Assembly (NCBI GenBank): GCA_964509285.1
Contig: CAZDWQ010000001.1
Span: 1-63,005 of the forward strand
DNA: 63,005 bases
DNA from: an uncultured Pseudomonadales bacterium
Lineage (GTDB): Bacteria; Patescibacteriota; Microgenomatia; UBA1400; PJMF01
Reading direction: 5' to 3'
Shown here: positions 1 to 9,175 of the stretch, piece after piece
How positions within the stretch are numbered: position 1 is the first letter of the stretch
How the letters are laid out: each line of letters opens with the position of its first letter
Program-made: the position numbers and the translations under genes
Notes under the pieces: model-generated
What the model was told of the DNA's origin: nothing
Databases searched by the model: none
The model's input: the letters and a program-made list of their open reading frames with translations, nothing else

Positions 1-1474
1 GACCAAAATAATATCCCATGACAACTAAGTCTAATGTATCTTTTAATTTTCCTGAGCTACCTTCCGTCTCTTTTATTTTGACCCAACTAAATCCTTTTCT
101 ACCACTTTGATAATGAGAATTAAGTTGTTTTATCACAGCACCTTCCAAACCTTCGTGTAGTTGTTTTTCGTGAAATGCGTGTAATTCTATTGGATCTGAA
201 GTCACAATATACTCTGTTAATTTTATTGCTCTATTATCAATGAATAGTTGCTCGAGTAGCTCTTTTCTTTCTTGCAATGATTTTTCTAATAAACCCCTAT
301 TACCCGAATATAATACATCAAAAACATAAAATCGAATTGGCACTTTTTCTGATGCTTCACCAATGTCATGTTTTCTTTTTCTAGTCATTGTTTCTTGAAA
401 TGGAAGTAATTTGTTAGAAGTTGTGTCATACCCTATTGCTTCAGCGTCTAGTATGCAAGAGTCTGTTTTCAGTTGTGAAATAATTTCCAATAATTCAGGA
501 AACATGTGTGTCACTTCTTCTAAGTTTCTTGTATAAGCACGCATCTTTGAACCATCACTAAATCCTTCTTTTGCATAGTGAATTTGAATTCTGAGCCCAT
601 CGTACTTTGGTTCTGCAATAACAACCCCCATTTTTTCTATAATCTCTTTTGCAGTATTTAATCTTTGACAGAGTGCGGGAACAACAGGAATTCCAACTGC
701 AACTTCATATTTTTCTGCAAGTTTTTTTTCTAACTGTTGCAAAAATTCTTGTGTAGGTTGCGGTTCTCGCGCCAACTGTAAATAAACTTGAGCCAACTCA
801 CCCACATCTGCACGTTTTTGATACGCGTTTTCAAGAATTTTTCTATGCTCTTTTGAATTTGCAACTGCCCAAGAAAGGGCGTCCAAAATTGTCATTGCAC
901 TAAATCCAAGTCGTAATTTACCAACAATAATTCTTGAAATAAATTTGGAAGAAACTGGATCAGATAATTTGAATAATTGCTCTAATTTTTGTAGTTTTCT
1001 GTCTTGAGAACCAGAGCCACCTTCTTGAGCGATTTCTACTAACCGCTCATAAACCTCAAGTATTGTTAGGTTCTCTGATAGTGCACCCAACGATTCACTC
1101 ATTTTGTTTTTTCGCCAATTTGTCACAATTTCTGATGCAACTATTCCAATATCACCAACAGTTTTGTAATTTTTTGTAACTTGATCGATGGAAGTAGAAT
1201 TACCTATATCTCCAAATAATCCCATACTTTCACCAGAATCTTGAGTATATTCAGCATATAGTTGCGCCAAAGCTCGCAAAACCATTTTGACACTTAACTG
1301 AAATTCTAAAGATAAATATGGAGGGACCAAACTTCCCTGCATTAAATAACTCGCTATCTTAATCTCATCTTTTTCAAAAATTTTGTACAAATCAGCTAAC
1401 TGATACATCATCTCTAATCGAGAATTTGTCTGCTCTAATTTTTCCAACCAAGATGATAATTCTGAAAATTGCAT
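1..1474 (-). CDS. ATP-dependent DNA ligase (Lig1/archaeal-like, with N-terminal DNA-binding domain); C-terminus cut by the window edge
   Basis: Absent from the ORF track because there is no stop in the window. My minus-strand translation from the ATG at 1474-1472 reads MQFSELSSWLEKLEQTNSRLEMMYQLADLY... It contains the adenylation motif I AEPKYDGLRIQIH (KxDG) and a later GLEGAVIKQLNSHYQSGRKGFSWVKIK. The frame stays open to position 1. Confidence 0.85.
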   Translation of the reverse strand, partial: MQFSELSSWLEKLEQTNSRLEMMYQLADLYKIFEKDEIKIASYLMQGSLVPPYLSLEFQLSVKMVLRALAQLYAEYTQDSGESMGLFGDIGNSTSIDQVTKNYKTVGDIGIVASEIVTNWRKNKMSESLGALSENLTILEVYERLVEIAQEGGSGSQDRKLQKLEQLFKLSDPVSSKFISRIIVGKLRLGFSAMTILDALSWAVANSKEHRKILENAYQKRADVGELAQVYLQLAREPQPTQEFLQQLEKKLAEKYEVAVGIPVVPALCQRLNTAKEIIEKMGVVIAEPKYDGLRIQIHYAKEGFSDGSKMRAYTRNLEEVTHMFPELLEIISQLKTDSCILDAEAIGYDTTSNKLLPFQETMTRKRKHDIGEASEKVPIRFYVFDVLYSGNRGLLEKSLQERKELLEQLFIDNRAIKLTEYIVTSDPIELHAFHEKQLHEGLEGAVIKQLNSHYQSGRKGFSWVKIKETEGSSGKLKDTLDLVVMGYYFG

Positions 1475-1520
1475 AGTATTATTTTAACATTTATAACACT
1501 GTTTACTAGGCGTATGGTAA

Positions 1521-2612
1521 CTATTCAACAAGGCGATAATGCACACCCTTAGTCACACCATATTTTTCGATCACTTTTTTATCTATCAAATCTTTAACAT
1601 CTCTTAAGATAGTATCAACTGAAACATTTGGTAGCACTGCCTTCATATCGTCTGAAGTAACATGTTCCTGTTGTTGGAATAATTCAAGTAAAATAATCTG
1701 GCGTTCTGATAAAGCAACTTGTTCGCCCAACTGTTTCTTAAGCTTCAAATCTTTAGAGAGGCGAGTCACTTGCAACTTCACTTTATCAATTTCTATTGCT
1801 AAACCATAGCAAAAATATTCCAACCAATAGGTAAGGTCAGCGTCTTGATTTTGTTGCACAGAAAGGAGGGCATTGTAATAACTTTCAACATCACTATCAA
1901 AATATTGCTCCAAAGAAAAGAAACGTTTAAAATCATATCCTAAGATATATAAAAGTAATGTCGCCATTGCTCTGGCGGTACGACCATTCCCTTCAATAAA
2001 AGGGTGAATGTGAACTAACTGATAATGCGTAATAGCCGCCTTGAAAATTGGGTGAATATTTTGTGACTCTACCGATTGGATCCACTCGAAAAAATCAGAA
2101 ATTAAAAAGGGGATTTCCATAGAAACTGGTGGACGGTACACTATCGATGCATTAGCAGCACTTTTAACAATTACCTGTTTATCGCGATAAATACCAGAAT
2201 AATTGTCCTCCACAACACGAGCGACTGTGAGTTTATGCAAAATTTTTAAAGTATCTTCAGTAAAAATTGTTTTAACTTCTCCTGCCCTTTGCTTCTCAAT
2301 CCAAGAAATTACATTTCGATAATTAAGCACTTCTTGAATATCTCGATCTCGGGCCATAATGCCTGCTTTTTGTGCAATTTGGCTCGAATCAATGTCATCA
2401 CTCATCCGCACAATTTGAGAAGCTTGCTCTTTAGTTAAGTCATTTCCTTCAATTTTGGTTCCATAGTGAACAGTTCTGGTAAAGGCTTCATCACGGAATT
2501 TTGCTTCCCATGCAGGAACAAGTGGCGCATGATCAATCATGGCCTTAGCTGCCTCAATCCTGGAAATGTAGGTAAGCAAGTTATTCGTAATTTTGAAATT
2601 TGGCTGATACAT
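1521..2612 (-). CDS. Fic family protein (AMPylase-type) with an N-terminal inhibitory-helix-like motif and a C-terminal wHTH-like tail
   Basis: Canonical Fic motif HPFIEGNGRTARAM (HPFx[D/E]GNGRxxR). An upstream GTKIEGN resembles the (S/T)xxxE(G/N) autoinhibition motif. Confidence 0.85.
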   Translation of the reverse strand: MYQPNFKITNNLLTYISRIEAAKAMIDHAPLVPAWEAKFRDEAFTRTVHYGTKIEGNDLTKEQASQIVRMSDDIDSSQIAQKAGIMARDRDIQEVLNYRNVISWIEKQRAGEVKTIFTEDTLKILHKLTVARVVEDNYSGIYRDKQVIVKSAANASIVYRPPVSMEIPFLISDFFEWIQSVESQNIHPIFKAAITHYQLVHIHPFIEGNGRTARAMATLLLYILGYDFKRFFSLEQYFDSDVESYYNALLSVQQNQDADLTYWLEYFCYGLAIEIDKVKLQVTRLSKDLKLKKQLGEQVALSERQIILLELFQQQEHVTSDDMKAVLPNVSVDTILRDVKDLIDKKVIEKYGVTKGVHYRLVE

Positions 2613-2705
2613 TTTGCTTTTTTATTTCTCTTTCGAAATCAAACAATATCTTTCTTCTACAAAAGTATACAGTATTGTTGCAAAATTTGCGATGATATTT
2701 TTGAA

Positions 2706-3512
2706 TTACTCTGAGACCAGTTGCCAAAGAGTTTTTGGAACTTGAGCTACTAAATCAGATGCATTAAAAAATGGACCAACAATTTTGTATAGCTCATCTC
2801 CAGCCTGCTTATTAATAGTACTTGCCACTATGGCAGATATGTTGGCTTGGTTAGTACAGTATAAAGCAGCAACTAGGCCAGCTAAGACATCACCAGTGCC
2901 ACCTTTTGTCATTCCTTCATTACCGCCCGCAATTTCTATCGTATTTTTTTCACCATTTTCAAACCAGGAAACATGGTCTGTTATGCCTTTTTGTAGAATT
3001 GTTATCTGCTTAGTATCTAAGTTGTTGCCAGACTCATCTACTCTTTTTTGTAAATCTAACATTTCCTTAGCGTGAGGAGTAATAATATGATTTTTATTCA
3101 ATAAACTTGGATTGAGCATTTGTAGAGCACCTGCATCTATCACAAACTTTTTATCTGGATACTTTTGCAAAAGGTCATTCACCAAACTTTCAGTTTCTTG
3201 ATTTCGCTCCATACCAGGACCAATCAAAATACAATCAGCTTCTGTAATATAGTTTTCCAAGTGTTCTCGTTCAATCACAATACCGTTCCAAAATTCACCT
3301 TTAGCCTCTTTAATCAATTCGTTATTGCTTGAAACTGAAGAATAAAACACCATGTCCACAATTTTTGAAGCAATATCTAAGCTCCATTTGCTTGCAGCAT
3401 GAAATAACTCTGATCCACCAATTAAAAGTAATTTTCCATTTTGACCTTTGTGTGAATCTTTTTCTGGCAAATTAAGCTGTGAAAAATAATGTTCTAAATT
3501 GACCGAATTCAT
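2706..3512 (-). CDS. nnrD: ADP-dependent NAD(P)H-hydrate dehydratase (YjeF C-terminal/carbohydrate-kinase family)
   Basis: N-terminal HKGQNGKLLLIGGS and C-terminal GGTGDVLAGLVAAL are typical of this family. Confidence 0.8.
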   Translation of the reverse strand: MNSVNLEHYFSQLNLPEKDSHKGQNGKLLLIGGSELFHAASKWSLDIASKIVDMVFYSSVSSNNELIKEAKGEFWNGIVIEREHLENYITEADCILIGPGMERNQETESLVNDLLQKYPDKKFVIDAGALQMLNPSLLNKNHIITPHAKEMLDLQKRVDESGNNLDTKQITILQKGITDHVSWFENGEKNTIEIAGGNEGMTKGGTGDVLAGLVAALYCTNQANISAIVASTINKQAGDELYKIVGPFFNASDLVAQVPKTLWQLVSE

Positions 3513-3543
3513 AGTTGTTATCTCGTGATTAAACCCTCAATTA

Positions 3544-4740
3544 TTATAAATTAATTACTTGAATATTGTCTGTTGCTTGCTCAATTTCCGCAAGTACCGA
3601 TGGTTCTGTTGTGGTTACTATTGATTGGTATTTTTTTAATACACTCAAAGCTAATGTTTTGCTCTCATCATCGAGTTCAGATAATATGTCATCTAAAAGT
3701 AACACCGTACTGACTTTAGATTGATTTTTTAAATATTCAAGTTCACAAAATTTGAGCCATAACACACCAAGTCGTTGCTGTCCTCTTGAGCCGAAAGTAT
3801 CTAAACGAAGTTTTGGTTGCTTTGGTTCCCGTTGTGTTTTTGCCACCTCGTTGTCAACTTTTGTTTTAACACCATGTTCCCGCCATGAATTTAAGAACAA
3901 AATAATGTCGTCTTTATGCGGACCAATTAACGTATGCCCAGCTAAAATTTCTCTGTCTTTATATTGTGCTAATCTTTCTGCAGAAATAAGTGAAGGATCA
4001 TATTCAACTGAAAAATCGAGTGGAAATTCCACACTAGCAAAGCTTTCTAAGAATTGTTGGCGAAATTTTTGCAAAATTTCGCCATACTTTACTAAATTCA
4101 AATCCCAATACTGCAGAACTGTTCGTGGTTGTCTAGCGTCTTTTATTTGCTGAATCAACTTATTTCTTCTGATCAAAGTTTGCTCATAGTTTTTAAGTGC
4201 AACTTCATATTCCAAAAAAAGCAACGACAAAACCGTATCTAAAAATGCGCGCCGGCGACTCGACAAACCTTCAATCATCCGCATATCTTCTGGCCTAAAA
4301 GAAACGGTAAAGAACTTGCCCGTCGCATCTTTTTTACGCCGGCGCACACCATTCACGCTAAATAATCTGTGTTGTGTTCTTTTTCCGTTCACAATTCCGC
4401 GAGTTAAAATTATCTCAACCTCATCGGTAGGAGCATTAACTGTACTAACTTTTGCCGTAGTCTTTGAACTGTTGTTTTCTTCATTGCGGTTTGCACTCTT
4501 CTCACCACTTGTGTCTACAATCACTCCTTTTACTCGAGCTAAATCGCTCTCAAACTCAACCATCTCTTCAACTTTTCCAGCCCGAAAACTATTACCAGTT
4601 GCTAATAAATTCACCGCTTCAACAATACTGGTTTTCCCAACTGCATTGTTGCCGATAATCACCGTAGTTTCATTGGTAAACTTCAAAAAATAATTTTTGT
4701 GTAACCTAAAATTTTGTAAAGCTATGCCTGTTAGTATCAT
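3544..4740 (-). CDS. recF: DNA replication/repair protein RecF
   Basis: The start ILTGIALQNFRLHK, Walker A GNNAVGKTS, SMC-like signature SRGQQR and Walker B LLLDDILSELD are all present. Length is 398 aa. Confidence 0.9.
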   Translation of the reverse strand: MILTGIALQNFRLHKNYFLKFTNETTVIIGNNAVGKTSIVEAVNLLATGNSFRAGKVEEMVEFESDLARVKGVIVDTSGEKSANRNEENNSSKTTAKVSTVNAPTDEVEIILTRGIVNGKRTQHRLFSVNGVRRRKKDATGKFFTVSFRPEDMRMIEGLSSRRRAFLDTVLSLLFLEYEVALKNYEQTLIRRNKLIQQIKDARQPRTVLQYWDLNLVKYGEILQKFRQQFLESFASVEFPLDFSVEYDPSLISAERLAQYKDREILAGHTLIGPHKDDIILFLNSWREHGVKTKVDNEVAKTQREPKQPKLRLDTFGSRGQQRLGVLWLKFCELEYLKNQSKVSTVLLLDDILSELDDESKTLALSVLKKYQSIVTTTEPSVLAEIEQATDNIQVINL

Positions 4741-4766
4741 TGGCTATACGGTATCATAAACCCGAA

Positions 4767-5609
4767 ATGAATACACTAGAAATCTCAGTTCAAAACACCG
4801 CTTCCTTTCAACACTTTATACTTCGATTCTACCAAAAACATGGCAGACACGAGTTGCCTTGGCGTCGAACTGATGACCCATACAACATTTTAGTTTCAGA
4901 ATTGATGTTACAACAAACCCAAGTTACTCGAGTTATTCCAAAATATGAAGCATTTATTGAACGTTTTCCCGATGTTTTTATTCTTGCTGAAGCAAATTTG
5001 AGTGAAGTGCTCACCTTTTGGCAAGGGCTTGGTTATAATCGTAGAGCAAAGTTTCTGTGGCAGTTGGCACAAAAAATTACAAACTCCCAAACAAAAAAAT
5101 TTCCCAAAACAGAGTTAGAGCTCCGAGAACTTCCTGGAATTGGTCCATATACTGCATCAGCAATTCTAAGCTTTGCATATAACCAACCAACTACTATTAT
5201 AGAAACAAATGTACGAACTGTATTCTTACATCATTTTTTTCCTGAACAAATTGCAGTTCCGGATTCAAAATTACTGCCACTAATCCAACAAACTTTGTAT
5301 ACAAAAAATCCACGTGAATGGTATTGGGCTCTCATGGATTATGGCGCATACCTCAAAAAAATCCTGCCAAATCCATCAAGAAAAAGTAAACACCATACTC
5401 AACAAAGCAAATTCCAAGGCTCGCTGCGACAGGTTCGTGGAGAAATTATTCGAATTTTGATCAAACATCAAGAATCAGATAGTCTTTCAATTTTAGAACT
5501 CAAACAAAAAATCACTGGGAACAAAATTTATTTTGAGGAGGCACTTGAACAACTAATTATAGAAAATCTCATTGTAAAAAAAATAAATAAAATTTATTTG
5601 CCAGACTAA
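4767..5609 (+). CDS. HhH-GPD superfamily DNA glycosylase, MutY-like, with no obvious Fe-S Cys cluster
   Basis: Motifs seen: GRHELPWRR...DPYNILVSELMLQQTQV, and the HhH-GPD loop LPGIGPYTASAIL. The ATG at 4767 is preferred over the track's TTG at 4740, which abuts the recF start. Confidence 0.7.
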   Translation: MNTLEISVQNTASFQHFILRFYQKHGRHELPWRRTDDPYNILVSELMLQQTQVTRVIPKYEAFIERFPDVFILAEANLSEVLTFWQGLGYNRRAKFLWQLAQKITNSQTKKFPKTELELRELPGIGPYTASAILSFAYNQPTTIIETNVRTVFLHHFFPEQIAVPDSKLLPLIQQTLYTKNPREWYWALMDYGAYLKKILPNPSRKSKHHTQQSKFQGSLRQVRGEIIRILIKHQESDSLSILELKQKITGNKIYFEEALEQLIIENLIVKKINKIYLPD

Positions 5610-5690
5610 AACATCTGTATCTATTCAAAATACTCATTTTGCAAAAGTAAGCTTAATGTAAGATTCAAGATATATAAAAAAATTATTACA

Positions 5691-5997
5691 AAAGTTGTTT
5701 TTGATACGGTTAATGAAATTACTAGCACTATTACACAAACTAAACTTCTCTCATTTCAAATGACTGATGCGGAAATAAATAAACTTTTGGCATTATTTTG
5801 AGAAATGCCAAACTAAAAAGTTAAAAGTATTACACAAAAAAATAATTATCAAAGCAGCAAAAATTCGCAGACAATATTGTTTTAGTACTCCTGATTCAAT
5901 ACAACTAGCCGTTGAAATTATAAATAAAGCTGAATTCTTTATAACTAATGATAAAAAACTCAAGAAATGCTCAGAAATTTCTGTTAAACTACTCTAA
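5691..5997 (+). pseudogene. Decayed PIN-domain (VapC-like) toxin gene
   Basis: Frame A reads KVVFDTVNEITS...AEINKLLALF then a stop. After in-frame stops and a frame change, KKIIIKAAKIRRQYCFSTPDSIQLAVEIINKAEFFITNDKKLKK follows. Both the N-terminal vvfDT and C-terminal fITND PIN signatures are present, but there is no intact ORF and no ATG in frame. Confidence 0.55.
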
Positions 5998-6015
5998 ATT
6001 GGGACTATGCAAAAG

Positions 6016-7782
6016 TTATTTCTTTACAACATTAAAAAATGCGTTTGTGCACTGATGCCCTGACCACTGTGGAATTCTTAAGTATCCAGGAGCACGTAAG
6101 TTAAATGCTTTACAAAAATCATCACCATTAATAGTAACTCCGTTAATCAAAACTGAATTTGTTCTTCCATCACCCAACGACACAGAGGCACTATTTGCTG
6201 AAGGTATACCACCATATTTAACAGCTATATCTCTCAGCTCACCCAAACTATATGGGTTGCCCCCCCAACACTCTGTAGATATTGAACTTATTCTTTCTGT
6301 TTCACTACTAGATCCATTCTTTAAAACTAAATGTGCATTGACTATGTCTGCCATTTCTTCTGGAGAAAGCCAAGGATTTGACCTACCACATGTGTCTCCT
6401 TTTGGTTTTCCCCATTCACCAAAAACATTTACATACCAAGAAGAATAAGCCCAAGGTGATCCAGCAATAATTTCATATGATTTTTCCAAAAAATTTCCAC
6501 CACCAGATCCATCTATTGTATCCCATCCAGTTCCATTAATCCAACCACCATGTGTTGAAGCATATTGTCCAGTTCCAGAACCACCAGTCATAATCATTCC
6601 TTCTGTTTCTTTAACAGCTTCTTTCCAAGCATCAGTGTTTTCTTCACGCTTAAACTCTTGACAATACTGATTCGGACAAATGCTTGATTTCCCACGCGCA
6701 AACGTTCTGGCTGCAATAGCTTGCGCCTTTAAAACTTCTTTCGGCCAATCTCCTGGAACTTCATAAATATGTTTTAAATAATCCTCAAGTTGATATCTTT
6801 CATTGTTAAAAGATTGTTTGTAAGAGTTTGTGCCATTCACTGTAATACTTTGATTAGTATCAACTTTTTCAAGGTTCACACCTTGATAGTAGTACTTTAA
6901 TACTTGTTCTGCATTTTGTCCTTGGTTCACTCTGCCCAAAGCACCATACTGACTCATGCCATTTCTGTGGCTATATCCACCAAATGAAAAAACTGCAAAG
7001 TAACCACTTGGAGCCTCATTCAAAAAATGAGATCTTGAGGACTTACCAAATGAACCAAATGCCCCTGATCCTAAATTAACCATAAATCCACCACTTCTTG
7101 CATTAATAATTTCTTGCTGACGTGCTGATAAATCTGCAATTTGCCCAGATAAGTCTTTTTGATAATCTTTTGCTTTATCAATTTCACCCTTAAAAAAATC
7201 AGCCTGTTCATCAAGCTTTTTTTCTAAAGCAGTAAGTTGAATTTGATTGTTTTCAAGTCGTTGTTTGTCTGCTTGCAAACTTTTAATATCTTCGCCAATT
7301 GCTTTAATAAACTGGTTGTCCTGATTTTTGACAGATTCTCTATATGCCAAATCTTTTGATAAATCTGCAGCAGACTCTGTTGCCAACACTGCAATCAACG
7401 GAGAATATGTTCTCAAACGCTTGTATTGCTGAGTAATTCTTCTTGAAAAAATTTGGTATTGAACAGTAAGATCAGCCTCTTTTTGCTTAATTTGTTCTGC
7501 TAAATCAGCAGCTTCCTTTTTTGCTTTTACAATAGATGCACGGGCGTTAGCAATTCGTTTTTCTAAAGAATCAACTTCTGCTTCAAGCGGTTTTGTTGCA
7601 TCTTCTGAAAGTTTTTTTAATTTTTCTAGTTCATCAATTTGTTTCTGGAGATCTTCAACTTCATCAGCAAAAACCTGAGAAACCACACCTGGAAAATCTA
7701 TAAACCTATTAGCGCCAATCGCCAAACCGATAACAAGCAGCACTACAAAAACAAACCGGCATACGTTTTTGGGTTTATTCAT
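6016..7782 (-). CDS. SpoIID/LytB-domain cell-wall enzyme with an N-terminal membrane anchor and a long coiled coil
   Basis: N-terminal TM helix (VCRFVFVVLLVIGLAIG), about 200 aa of heptad-rich sequence, then the SpoIID signatures GMSQYGA and EVLKAQAIAARTFA. Confidence 0.75.
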   Translation of the reverse strand: MNKPKNVCRFVFVVLLVIGLAIGANRFIDFPGVVSQVFADEVEDLQKQIDELEKLKKLSEDATKPLEAEVDSLEKRIANARASIVKAKKEAADLAEQIKQKEADLTVQYQIFSRRITQQYKRLRTYSPLIAVLATESAADLSKDLAYRESVKNQDNQFIKAIGEDIKSLQADKQRLENNQIQLTALEKKLDEQADFFKGEIDKAKDYQKDLSGQIADLSARQQEIINARSGGFMVNLGSGAFGSFGKSSRSHFLNEAPSGYFAVFSFGGYSHRNGMSQYGALGRVNQGQNAEQVLKYYYQGVNLEKVDTNQSITVNGTNSYKQSFNNERYQLEDYLKHIYEVPGDWPKEVLKAQAIAARTFARGKSSICPNQYCQEFKREENTDAWKEAVKETEGMIMTGGSGTGQYASTHGGWINGTGWDTIDGSGGGNFLEKSYEIIAGSPWAYSSWYVNVFGEWGKPKGDTCGRSNPWLSPEEMADIVNAHLVLKNGSSSETERISSISTECWGGNPYSLGELRDIAVKYGGIPSANSASVSLGDGRTNSVLINGVTINGDDFCKAFNLRAPGYLRIPQWSGHQCTNAFFNVVKK

Positions 7783-7906
7783 AATTTCTTATTTTATTGT
7801 ACTCAAGCCCAGCTTAAATATCTACTATATCAAACATACTCAGTCAATACATATTTGCACCCTGGCGTGTGCAGAAAAAATAAAGTACAATATCCATAGA
7901 TTTTAT

Positions 7907-9175
7907 ATGAAAAAAATACTTCATATTTTTATTGTTTTCCTATTAGGGCTTAGTTTTCTGCGCACAACAACTCAGGTCCAGGCGGAACAGTGCCCTGCAC
8001 CAATCAATGGCCTTGGAGTAACAATTCCTGAATCACCTTTAACCGAATCTCTTACAATAACTATCGATTTATCATCTAATTGGGAAGAAGAACCACCAAA
8101 AAATTACGAACTCGTTGTTGAGGAAGGTACTGTTAACCAAGCAAAGAGTGTTCCGTTTAAAATTTTTCAAAATGTTACTAACGTTTGCAATAATGGAGAA
8201 GATTGTATTACTGTCAAAGATGGAGTTGTAACATGGACCATTACAAGTGTGGCCGCTTTAACACAAAGTGCTGCAGAAGGTGGTGTTGACACACATACTG
8301 TTGATTTGAACACCATAGGAGAGGACCAGTGTGATGTTGGAACGTATGATGTCACCGATGTAAACAATCCTGGCCCTGGATGTACAGTTAAAGTATATCA
8401 AAATAGAAATGGTGAACAATGTTACTTGAATGAAAGCCAGAGTGCATGTTTTGCAGATGACGTTGCTGTAATAGTAGAAGTCTCAGAACTTAAATCTATT
8501 TCTGGTACTCCATGGAACGATGCTGTTGGTTTGAGAGTTGGACAAGGTGGTGCGCCCGGAGAAGCAGAAGGTGGATCAAAACAAGCAACAAATGGAAAGG
8601 CTTCCCTAACCTTTGTTCCAAACTCAAGTTCTGGTGATGATTTTTTTATTCAAGTCGAGGATAGGGATGATTATAATGAACTATTTCCAAACTGTGAGTT
8701 CACTATAACAACTACACCAGGATGTAATAAGGACCAATGTGAACCAGAAACTGAGTTAGAAATTGGCACCGCTCCAGCATCTGTTGCTCAAGAGGCATTT
8801 TCCCTTTGTAAACAAATCCCAGAAGAACAGGCTGAACAACGAAGTGCCTGTGAGGCTTGTACTGGCGGTGAAGGTGAGTTTGAAGGTAATGAAGGTGTCT
8901 GGACCGCTATTGGGTGTATCAATCGTGAACCACGGGCAATTTTACAAAAATTTATTACCGTTGGTTTAGGCATGTCTGGTGGAGTTGCACTACTCACCTT
9001 TTTAGCTGCTGGTTTTATCTTTAGCACTTCACAAGGTGATCCAAAAGCATACGGAAAAGCTAAAGAAATGATGACTGCTTCTATCGTTGGTATACTATTT
9101 GTTATATTCTCAATAACGATCTTGCAATTCATTGGATATGAAATTCTCAAGATACCAGGATTCGGAGGAGCATAA
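7907..9175 (+). CDS. Secreted Cys-rich protein fused to a C-terminal T4SS-pilin-like (VirB2/TrbC-type) two-helix membrane domain
   Basis: Signal peptide MKKILHIFIVFLLGLSFLRTTTQVQA starts at the ATG at 7907. The C-terminus GGVALLTFLAAGFIFSTSQGDPKAYGKAKEMMTASIVGILFVIF has the same TM, G-x-D/K loop, TM pattern as the pilins at 21-24.6 kb. A TAATG overlap links it to the next gene. Confidence 0.65.
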   Translation: MKKILHIFIVFLLGLSFLRTTTQVQAEQCPAPINGLGVTIPESPLTESLTITIDLSSNWEEEPPKNYELVVEEGTVNQAKSVPFKIFQNVTNVCNNGEDCITVKDGVVTWTITSVAALTQSAAEGGVDTHTVDLNTIGEDQCDVGTYDVTDVNNPGPGCTVKVYQNRNGEQCYLNESQSACFADDVAVIVEVSELKSISGTPWNDAVGLRVGQGGAPGEAEGGSKQATNGKASLTFVPNSSSGDDFFIQVEDRDDYNELFPNCEFTITTTPGCNKDQCEPETELEIGTAPASVAQEAFSLCKQIPEEQAEQRSACEACTGGEGEFEGNEGVWTAIGCINREPRAILQKFITVGLGMSGGVALLTFLAAGFIFSTSQGDPKAYGKAKEMMTASIVGILFVIFSITILQFIGYEILKIPGFGGA

